From Podarcis melisellensis (lineage: Eukaryota), in NCBI GenBank assembly GCA_964234715.1, contig OZ174276.1: a stretch of 64,000 nucleotides of DNA, one strand, 5' to 3'. The notes beneath the pieces were generated by a model that saw only the letters and a list, made by a program, of their open reading frames with translations, did no database searches and had not been told where the DNA came from. Positions 14,338-26,623 of the stretch are shown here, in pieces (the stretch's first letter is position 1; each line of letters begins with the position of its first letter). The position numbers and the translations under genes were made by a program.

Positions 14338-15453
14338 TAAATATCCATTAACTAAAGCCACATGGTTGGTTGGTTATTTGAATTCAGTACCTGGAATTCA
14401 GTGCCAGCTCTTACTACCACCTACCTCCTGTTTTCTAGGCTCCCAAGTCCACAGATCTTCCCTTTGTACTAATTAATTACTGGACTTTTTGGGAGGTTTG
14501 TCCTCACGCAGCCATATTGGGCAGCTGATTCTAGAGGCGGTACTGTATTCTTTAAAGTATTCTTAAACACTTTAAAGGAAAATGAGCTCCAGTTCAGAGT
14601 AAGGAAGCATCATCTTTATTTTTTTATGTCAGGGCAAATGTCTGTTGAGACCTGTAGCATGCAGTGGCTAGGGATGCTGGGAGTTGTGGTTTTCAGCATC
14701 TGAAGGGCCACTGATTAGCCCTGGATCTCTGGCCTGGATGTTACACAAAGCAGGTATGGGGGGGTGGACAAGGAAAACAGAAGCAGAAAATCCAAAGACT
14801 GGGTGTTGAAGTGAGTTCTGCACTTCAGTCTCAGTCTGAAAATGGAGACTACAGATCAGTTTAGATTCTACTAGGTGCCTTCAGGTATCGGGCTACACCT
14901 AGGATGAGATGAAGAAGCAATGGCTGATCCCCATCTTGGAAAATCAGATGTGTCTCATGCCTTAAGCAAAACACACAGGTTCCTGATAAATCAGACAGCA
15001 GATGTAAAGTGACGCATAACAGTATTTATATTATTAAAGCCAGATATTAATTTTGGGCGGTGTACTAGGTAAGAGCAAATTGAAGCCAAATAAGTTTTAC
15101 CTAGTGGTTGGAGGACAGGCACCAAAATGCAAAATTCCTCTTTAGGTAGTAGGAAATCATCTTCCTTTGGTTGCACTTTCCTCCTTGAATGGCTAAATAG
15201 GGCTATTATTCAAGGTACATAAAAAAGCAAAAGTAATCATGCTGGTCTACGAGGAAAGAACTCCACAGTTGGGCAAAATCTTTATTAGGACCACCCAAAA
15301 AGCTGTGTAAACAAGAACCTGCAAGAATAGAGGGGGCACAAGTTCTGTTCCTAGAACTCTGGAAGGTCTAAAAGAATGCACAGGGTGATACCAGCTTCAT
15401 TGTAGCATGTGACCAATAACAATTTGTGCATTGTTGAATCTAAGCCTTCATGA

Positions 15454-15618
<165 letters not shown>

Positions 15619-15855
15619 TAGTAAGGAGGATATGGATACAACAATTAGAGCAGATGCACATGAGTTAAGGAGTGGAAACTCTCATTGAAAACACTAGCTA
15701 TTTTAAAAAAACATTGGCATGAAGAATGGAAATAAGAATATCCTTTACATTGGTTTCTGATGTTTAAAAATTGCGCAATAAATAAAATATCATCATATTA
15801 AATAAATAAGTTTGATATCCCTTGAATATTAATTTTAGTAGAAAGTCCCATTGAA

Positions 15856-16199
15856 TGGGTTGTGCTGTGGGTTAAACCACAGAGCCTAGGGCTTGGTGAT
15901 AAGAAGGTCGGCGGTTCAAATCCCTGCAGCAGGGTGAGCTCCTGTTGCTCAGTTCCTGCTCCTGCCAACCTAGCAGATCAAAAGCATGAAGTGCAAGTAG
16001 TTAAATAGGTACTGCCCCGGCAGGAAAGTAAACGGCGTTTCCATGCACTGCTCTGGTTTCGCCAGAAGCAGCTTAGTCATGCTGGCCACATGACCTGGAA
16101 GTTGTATGCTGGCTCCCTAGGCCAGTAAAGCGAGATGAGTGCTGCAACCCCAGAGTCGTCCGTGACTGGACCTAACGGTCAGGGGTCCCTTTACCTTTA
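15856..16199 (+). mobile_element. Sauria SINE (slightly 5'-truncated)
   Basis: Same body and ACCTTT tail. TSD CCCATTGAA at 15847-15855 and 16200-16208. Confidence 0.9.
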
Positions 16200-16482
16200 C
16201 CCATTGAACATAATGGGGATTATTTCTCAGTATAAAAGTGCTTAGGCTTGGGTTGCACATTTTTAAAACGGGGGTCAAAAGAAACAGTTTGGGAGAAATT
16301 GTTTTGCAGTTAGGGGAAAATTTAATATATTACTGTTATTGTTTGATGCCTGAAATATTTAGTTGCTATTGTCATGCTTTTGAAAGCATGCAATTACTGT
16401 GTACAACCAGCTTTCAGACAATAATATATCATCTTATTAAATTCAGAAAAATTAGTTTGAATGCAATCCTTACGTTTTCTAA

Positions 16483-16602
<120 letters not shown>

Positions 16603-16840
16603 TAACTAGGTCCTATCTATACTGCTTAACAAAAACAAAACAAAATAGATGACTTGTACAATACAAGGTAATAAGCACAATCAAATGCATGAAAGATTTG
16701 ATACACTTTTGTCAGCTTCTGGTCTTGAGAATTTCTTACAGACTGGCAAGTATATTTTTCTTCCCTTAGTATCTTTCTCCCCTCCCCCCCTTATATATCT
16801 TGCTGACTTTGCTTTTATCTCCTGCTATTTCACAGGATTA

Positions 16841-17095
16841 CAGTCATACCTTGGATTGCAGATGCTTCAGGTTGTGTTTTTTCGGATTATGGACCCGCCA
16901 AAACCTGGAAGTACCGGAACGGGTTACTTCCGGGTTTTGGGGGTTGCGCATGCGCAGAAATGCTAAATCGCGCTATGCGCAGAAGCGCTGTATCGCAACC
17001 CGCGAGTGTGCAGACGCACCAATGTGGGTTGCGAACGCTGCGGGTTGCAAACGTGCATCCTGCACGGATCACGTTCGCAACCCAAGCGTCCACTG
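16841..17095. mobile_element. TcMar/Tigger-like MITE, family C
   Basis: TA-CAGTCATACC...GCGTCCACTG-TA. Inverted homologue at 63560-63777. Confidence 0.85.
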
Positions 17096-17312
17096 TACAA
17101 ACTTGCTTTACTTTTTGGATCTTGTTTCCTTCTCCCATATTCTAGTATTGCCAGACTCTGTTACCTCCCCCCTGCAGCAATGCCTTTGATACGCTGCAGT
17201 ATTCTTTGTGAGTGCTTCCTTTGGAATGTATTTGAAAAAGTCAGTTAGTTCCACAGTGCTGCACTTGAACAGTGTATAAGGAGCATGTGGTTCCCTTGCT
17301 AACAACAGTTAC

Positions 17313-17490
17313 ATTAGATACCAGTTCGTTTCCAAACCCAATTCAAATGCTGGTTTTGACCTTCATAGCCCTCATTGGCTTTGGACCAGGATACCTGAAG
17401 GATGTCTGCTCCAATACGAACTGCCTGTTTATTTAAATCTGCAAGTGGACTCTGTGTCCTGTGAAGTTAGATATCAGTTTAGTGAGAATG
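17313..17490 (+). mobile_element. Degenerate L2 LINE ORF2 3' fragment
   Basis: Reads like PVRF..QFK.LVLTF.AL.GFGPGYLKD, the L2 HWLP region. Confidence 0.6.
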
Positions 17491-18146
17491 TGCAAGAGGG
17501 CCTTTTCAATGACTAAATAAATTTTGAAAATGTGTTTGTGTGTGTGTATAAGAATGTGCAATAAACTACAAGAAGAAGTGCAATATCTCTATACAGTACT
17601 TGAACAAATGTAAGCTTTCTTTTTTGTAGTCTTGTTTTGGATTTTGTTTTTGATCACAAGACACATAATAAAACAAAAGCGATGTAAACACTTTTATTTT
17701 AATTTGCAAGTATAATACAAAGCATTTTACTGCAAGAGTAGAAAAGTTGTCATGGTAAAACTCATGAAATAGAAAATTGCTCTCACCAGGTTTGCAAAAC
17801 AGACCCCCCCAGCTTAGCATGCCATTATTTCATTGCTTACAAATTAGTATGGATGAAAAGTACAGAAATAACTCCTTCACCACAGTGTACTTTCTTATAT
17901 GAACTAAAATAAATATCCCCTTGGTCTTGTGTTCAGCAGGTGCTTGGTGTCTAAGGATATGCTCTTACAAGCATGAAAGCATTTGTGCGGGAGCATCACT
18001 CCACCTCTGTCATTTCAAACTCCTTTGAAAATCCCAACCTCGAGATTTGAATTAGTTTAAGGTGTGGTTTAAGTAATCCGTTTGTTAAAGATGTTCAAAG
18101 GCTGCATGGTAGCCCATTCATATGTGTGAGGTACAAATAGTAAAAT

Positions 18147-18176
18147 TATTAATTAATTAATTAATTAATTAATTAA
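18147..18176. repeat. (AATT)n self-complementary microsatellite
   Basis: Directly visible. Confidence 0.95.
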
Positions 18177-18239
18177 GATGACAGTTCAGTTGCAATGCTG
18201 TAATGCCAGTAAAATCAATTCTAGTTCATAAGCTTACTG

Positions 18240-19910
18240 TTCTAGCCAAAGGCCATAACAAACTTGTAGCAATAGTATTACTAAAACAATACAGAACATA
18301 TATCCATAATATGTCAACATCTGTGTTGTAAGAGAGAGAAAGAAGATACCAGAGACGCCAACAAGCTTAAATCTAGCTTGATTTCGGTTTAAACCTCCGA
18401 ATCAGCACAACATGTAGCTATTTTATTTAACTTTTTTCCTGATTTGTCTTGCAGCCAGTGCATAGAGGGCCACTCTCTGTGTTAGAAAGCTATTATTCTC
18501 ACTCAAAAGAAGCTGAACCATTTCTGCCGGAATGTTCCCCATTGCTTGTGTAAACAAAGGTTTCAGAAAGCGATCTCTTTGGTTTCTGTATAAGGGGCAG
18601 GCTAACAGATAATGAGTGATGTCTCCCACCTGAGGTTGACCACAGATATGAAATCTGCATACAGGAAACATGACTTGGAAACACAGCTCAATATAGGCTT
18701 CTCTTAAGGAAACTGGTGTTTCTAATTAGTTGCAGGTGCCTTCTAGATTCTGTGCAGAAGAGCTAATCCTTTAGATAGCACTTATTCAGGGTCAGCACAG
18801 AGCCCAGTTCTGGAAAATAAAAATAGTCTAAAGCAACTTGACAGGCTGCTTTCCATTGTTGGTTATCACCCAGTTCCATAACAGAACAGAGCAGGAAAAT
18901 GCTCCGTTGGCATAGTAGCAATTCCTTTAATAACCTTTTAACTGAGCGCAATCTGCTCTTGCCTTGATTGTTGGCTACCTGAGTTTGGTATGAAGAACAG
19001 CTGCTGATATTTCTAATGTTAGTGTGTATAGTTTCTGAAAAAAATATACCGTATTCTGCACTGTTTCCAAAGCTTTAATGGAGTTTGAATCAGATCCCCA
19101 GATTTCAATGCCACAGAGCATTTGAGTAAAAACTTTGGTACTAAATATCTTTAGGGCAGTTTCAATCAGCTGCTCTCCCTTGTCGTAACAGAACTTCATC
19201 AATGACCCAATATTTTTCTGCCTCCAAGAAGACATTTCCAAGAGAGGGCTTCACTAAAGAGAACACTCTTAATGAGTAAGTTTGTTCTATAGCTGGCAGA
19301 TCTAAATATCATTTATACCTAGGACTCTGTTAGCCAAGAATCATAATCTTGTCTTAGAGTAATTTATAGATAGGCTTTCTTATAAATAGACTTTCTTGTT
19401 TGCAGTATGTGCTGAACACCTGCAAGAGAATTTTGAGGCTCAATCGGGAAAGAGAGAAGAGCACTAAATCATCTGCATACATCATGATTGAGATATTCCT
19501 GTTCCTAATTACTGAAGAGGGGCAGTTTTTACTGGTTAAATATGGTACCAGATCATTAATATAATAGCTAAAAAGATTGGGAGCCAGAATACAACCTTGC
19601 TTGACTCCCTGCAATGTTTTGAAGGCATAGCACCATTTAAACCTACTCTGACCCTCATTTTTGTGCTGCTTTATAGTTCTTGGATGAATAGCAGAAGTCT
19701 GCAATCAATATTGGAAATTTGAAATTTCTCTCGCTGTCTATTTCAATTAATAGAGTTGAGTGCAGCAGAAAGATCAATGAAGGCTTCATAAAGATTATTC
19801 ATAATATTCTTAGTGTATTTGTTTTAGTATGTTTCAGAGTAGAATGTTGATCAATGGTACAGTGTCCTTCTTTGAACCCCGCTTGTTCTTCACATATGTT
19901 ATCTGTCCCA
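18240..19910 (-). mobile_element. 5'-truncated degenerate non-LTR retrotransposon ORF2 (RT plus C-terminal CCHC; RTE-X-like)
   Basis: Broken frames EEQAGFKEGHCTIDQ, AFIDLSAA, GVKQGCILAPNLF, YADDLVL, GIEIWG...LETVQN, and HICGQPQVGDITHYLLACPLY, with stops and frameshifts. Clade assignment is by recognition only. Confidence 0.85.
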
Positions 19911-20692
19911 CGAATAATATCTGTAACATCAGTGAAATCAAACTATTGTAGGTATTGCTGAACTGACAAATGAGTTTTAGGATAGTGTATTAGTGCTGTC
20001 CAACATTGCTTCACACATTTCTACACACTAGATTAAGAAGGATTTACAGTAGGATTATAAAAAGACATGACAGCACAGTTTAGATTTTGATTCATGGATG
20101 GCATCTTTGCTTTGTGCTGTTTGATTTTGGATAAAACTGACGCAAATCTGTATGTTAGCAAGAATTAATATGAAGACTTCCAGGTCCAGAACTCAGCAAC
20201 TACTAAGCTTTAAAAGCAAATGGAAATTGTCACAATTAGTTAAATTATAGAATAATCAACAAAAGCATGTTGAATAACAAAAACTAAACTAAAAAGATTT
20301 GAGAACATTATGTGAGTCACAAGCAACGTATGATACTCCAATGTCATGGATAAGATATTCTTAATTTTATAGTTTACACCTTTGGTAATAAAGGTGGATG
20401 TAAAAGTCATTCCACCATAGTGCATTTTAGAAACATATAATTAGCTTCAGTTTACTTTTAAACGTTCACTCAAAAAATCAGGATACAGTCAGAAAATATT
20501 CAGGATGCTTTAAAACATAAATACAAAATTAAGAACAGTTTATATTTACATGTTTCAACCTATATGGATCAAATGAGTCTGCCTGATTGGAAAAATAGGA
20601 ATTGTTACTGGAAACTTGTCTTTGCTTCCTGGTGGACAGCGTGCTTGTCAACTGCTCTTGTATGTAGTTGGTAGTGGATTAAACGTGAAGTA

Positions 20693-21401
20693 TTACGATA
20701 CTCTGGTTCTTTTTCTCAGAGTAAATACCCTACTGCAGTCATTTGTTTGTACTCGCTTTGTTCCTTGTTGCAGTTTTGCCACTTGTCTTTGATTGGTCCT
20801 TTTTTGTCCTTTTCCTTTTTGACTACTGTGACAGTCCTGAGTATCTGATGGTTCAGGAGCTGAATCTGTATACTGAGAATTGCTGTCCTGATTACTTTTC
20901 TGTACAGTCTCTATTTGGACTTTACTAGGACTATAGGCAGCTAACTGACAAAGAGCAACAGCTGCAGTTTGTTTCTGCTCATCACAATGGTCAATTGTCC
21001 TAACTTCCTGAATGTCTTTCCTCTGCATCACGGTAGGGACCTTATCACAAGAACCTTTCTCCATATGATCCTTAGGGCTGCAGTCCTCAGCTTCCAAATG
21101 TCCATTTTCAGTTTTCTGAGGTCCACTGTCTTCAGCTTCATATGATGACCTCTGGAGGGGTTGTTTTATGTTGCAGTTGTCTTTTACGGAGAGATTCAGA
21201 GGCATTTCCTGAAGTTCCATAAAGTTTTGGTTTTCCACATGGAGAGCGTTTTTGTACATATGTTCATTAACAACATTTGCATCTGGCTTCTTGGAAAGAT
21301 TAAGTGGTACTATCCCCGTGTCGTCATCAGAATTGGACAGAGGGTCATCGTTCTCATTACTTTCGTGCTGTATATTTTCATTTTCATTAGTGACATCACT
21401 A
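20693..21401 (-). CDS. ZNF750: ZNF750 last coding exon (CDS part of exon 3)
   Basis: Pyrimidine tract cttttcttttcttccccag acceptor, phase 2 compatible. Two PLNLS motifs, AAVALCQLA, and C-terminal basic LRKRTRVS-stop. Spliced CDS is 2115 nt = 704 aa. Confidence 0.95.
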
Positions 21402-23087
21402 CTGGGGAAGAAAAGAAAAGAAAAATCATTGAAAAATTCCATTATGTAATTAAAATCCGATATAGGACTAGTATGATATTTTGATTTACATACTGTGGCA
21501 GTAAAAGCAATGAAATGAATTGATTTAAAAGGTAACAGAATAAATTGTGCTATGGAGTAAATTTGTTACAGTGAGTAATGTTTGGTTTGCATGTAAGAAA
21601 CCTAGTTTTAAATCTCTATAGAGATGAGCAATTTTTACATTTTTACTGCGATAAATTAAAATAATTTGTTGCAGCCAACCTATTCTCCTGGAACATATTG
21701 AGAAGGAAATATCAACAATGTTTGAGGTCTATGAGAGCAGGACACAATAAATTGTATGCTCTACAGGTATTTTATATTGCAATACAAACAGCTGTTTAAG
21801 AGTGACATTAACCCATTTGACCATCCTTCTGTAATGAAAATGGTCCCAGGCTGATCCATCACAGGACTTATAAGATCAAGTTTGTTACACTTCTCTGCCT
21901 CGGAGGCCTAGTCTGGATATAAATTCAAAAGTGAAATAAAATAATAAATCTTAGTGTTTATTGGAAAGCTGGCAAGTCGCTGCAGTGGTCCGGTCTGCAC
22001 ATCATTGTAAACCATATTTAATGATTGACTGTGTATATGTCAATCTCATCCACTTTGCTCCTCTCTGTTAGTGCACAGGAGAAACAGACAGTGACTCCTG
22101 GCTTAGTGTTACATTTGGACCAGGGATTTTGGTTTGTTCTGTCCAAAGAGACTATGATCTGTAGCCAAGGTTTGTTCTTGGGCTTTCTGGTTATGATTTA
22201 TTGAAGTGAAACAAACCATAACCCATGGTTTGAGTATAATACGATGGTGCGAATCATGATTTGATCCTCGTGTGTGCAAACAGAGAAGAGTAAAGTGGGC
22301 AAAATTGGCAGTTCACTATGTTGTACCATATCAGGAGACCATTACCTTCTACCCTTCTTTAAAGATTGGGAAAATAATGAGAGAGAGAGCTCACCATATC
22401 CTTCAGTCTTGTTGCATGGGAAAGCAAAAAGGCTTATTTCATATTAAATGGCCTTCCCACTGAGATCATCAGCAGAGGTCTTCCTCTATATCCCACCACT
22501 GTCATGAATGCAGGTGTTAGGGACATAAGCTGGCCTTTGCTGTTCTAGCTCTTGAACTCATTCCCTTAGGAGATTAGCTCAGTCCCCTTCAACAATAAGA
22601 AGAGTTACATTTGCCATGCCTATGGCTTTATTTTTTTTCTGCCTGGTATGTTGCTTTGACATGGGTTACTTTGTGCTACTTTCTTGGTTTCTTCCTGGTT
22701 GGTATTTTATCATTTTAATAGGTCTCCATTTTTATTATTACAGAATTTAAATCTTTTTTAAAAAAATCATATTCAATAGATGAATGTCTGCCTCTACCTG
22801 AAAAACAATAATCTAAGGCTATACTATGCATTCTTTACTCAGGAACAAGCCCCGTTTAGTTCAGTGGAACTTTGTTCTGAGTAAAAGTGCATAACATTAG
22901 GTTGTGAATAGTAACATTCAGATTCAAATAGGAAAAACAGCAGAGATGTTAAATGCAACGATGATCAGTATAAAAATTAATAGAGCAAATATCATTTTAC
23001 TATAATTCTGAATAACCACTATAATTACACCATCTCCAAGCATATTTCATCCACCCTTTGTCCACTTCCATATTTTTTAAAAAACCC

Positions 23088-23218
23088 AGCTGTAGGGAAC
23101 CTATGCCCGCCCCAGATGTTGCTGAACCCATCACCTCTGGCTGTTGGCCATATTTGCTGGGACTGAATGGAATTGTAGTTCAGCAACATCTGTAGGGCCA
23201 AATGTTTCTCACAACCTA
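23088..23218. mobile_element. Degenerate hAT-type MITE in ZNF750 intron 2
   Basis: CAGATGTTGCTGAAC ... GTTCAGCAACATCTG inverted arms, similar to 10123-10258. Confidence 0.6.
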
Positions 23219-23534
23219 CTCTAAACTGATAAGGCAATCCTAACAAAGTTTACTCAGAAGTAAGCCTTACTGAATTCAGTTATATTTACTTGCAGGTAGT
23301 GGGGCTAAACATAAGTCTCATTCAATTTGATAGGACTTACTCCTGAGTAGACATGGCTAGGCTTATACTGCTTGCCACTTGCATATGTCCTACCTGCCTT
23401 GGGTTTACAAGTTTGACATGTAATAAAAACTGTCCCGGGAGTCCTTGTGTGATGTAACCTAAGGGCATGTTTGCTCTCTCTCTCTCTCTCTCTAGTGTTT
23501 TGAAGAAACCCCACACAGATTAGAAATATCTTTA

Positions 23535-25136
<1,602 letters not shown>

Positions 25137-25659
25137 CTGGAAAACAGAAATTGTAATATTAGAATTTGAGAACTGAAACAAATACATATGTCAAGTGCTT
25201 TATTTAAGTGCGCATTGTGAGAAACCTTCTGGTTCAAACAAAAAAGTCAATTTCCAACCTGGAAGCCTATGAGCAGGGCATGATGCTGATGACTATTTTC
25301 TGTTTCATGTCTCTGGCATCTGGTATTTTTAGGTTTACTGTCTTGTGAACATGAAGGTCTCATGAGCTGTCATCTAAGAGTCATTATTTGACCTGTCCTC
25401 TACAAATTTGTAAACCCACCTAAGTTAGAAGCCATTACCTCACCCTATGCACTGTGTGAAATAAATTATATTTCAAAGAATTAGACTACCAATGTTGTAA
25501 TTTCAATTCCTTATCCTAACATTTAGAATTCATTTTACCCTCTATTACTGCTCATTGAGTTAACAATTTTCAGTGAGTTGTCCACCTAAATACCAGGGTT
25601 TTTTTTGGGGGGGGGGTTAGTCATAACCAATTAAGACCACATTGGTTTATGGGTGAATC

Positions 25660-25830
25660 TAGGACTCTTGCCCTAGTGTGCATTACTTTGCACTCACATT
25701 GAATTTCATTTGCCATTTTGTTGCCCATTCACCCACGATGGAGAGTTATTCACCGTCTGCTTTAGATTTCACCATCCTGAATAACATGGCACCCTCAGCA
25801 AACTTGACAGTCTCATTGCTCACCTAAATT
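25660..25830 (-). mobile_element. Old CR1-like RT fragment in ZNF750 intron 1
   Basis: Minus strand reads AAGTTTGCTGAG (degenerate KFADD) and TGGCAAATGAAATTCAATGTG (WQMKFNV). Confidence 0.55.
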
Positions 25831-26487
25831 CATGAATTACAAGCATGAGAAAAGTGAAGCTAATGTAGAAGACTCTTAGATGCCTTTGCAAACATGATTA
25901 TCCTCAGGGAAAGCACACATGTCTGTAGGTAGAGCTCTAATTAACTAGCCTGAAGTTCAGGGGTGCCTACTACCTGAAATTCCTGTTGGATTAATTAGAG
26001 AGAACGCATTCAAACAACAGTGGTGGAACATCCACTTAGGATGTGACAGGGAAAGATGAAAGCAAAGTGAGAGAGAGAACTGTAGGTGGAGGAGACAAGG
26101 AGGAGGGAGGGTGGTGCTTGGTAATAGTAGAAGCTTGAGTGCAATCCAGTCCAGCCTGTTGGGGAAAGAGGAAGAGATTCCTTGATGGGGAGAAGTAGGG
26201 TGGAGTAGGATTGACTCCATCCTGGAGAGCTGACCTAGCTCTGCTATAGAGCAAACAAGCTTTTAAGCAGCCTAAACAAATATTTAAGTACTAACTAGTG
26301 TGAGTAACTTTCAACACACTACAACAAGCCAAATTCTGAATGCTTAGAAGAGCGCACTCTCCCAAATCTCTTCTTCTAAAGTTTGAGTGTGTTGCTGTTG
26401 TAATGACCTTTCATTCTTCGCTGCACAGCTACTTATAAGTGTGTGTGTGTGTGTGTGTGTTCGTTCGTTCGTTCCCGTATGGCCAGG

Positions 26488-26623
26488 TATAAATCTGAGT
26501 CCACTGATTTATAGGGGCACGATCAACTTGCTTTCCCTTAGAAACCGAAACAAGTGGATACTTTTAATACAGGCTGGTGATTTTCTCGGCAGATAAGTCA
26601 GACGGGCTTGTATTGACTTGTTC
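26488..26623. promoter_or_regulatory. Candidate intronic enhancer of ZNF750 (p63/GATA/PBX-HOX motifs)
   Basis: GGGCTTGTAT-TGACTTGTTC matches RRRCWWGYYY x2 at 18/20 with no spacer (26604-26623). AGATAA at 26591-26596 and TGATTTAT at 26505-26512. Confidence 0.45.

Noticed and set aside
21402-21442. N-terminal MEFFNDFSFLFFP of the 249-aa ORF as an independent start
   Set aside because: This is the intronic polypyrimidine tract of ZNF750 exon 3. Likewise, YIYKVIYI at the end of the 477-aa ORF is intron read-through.
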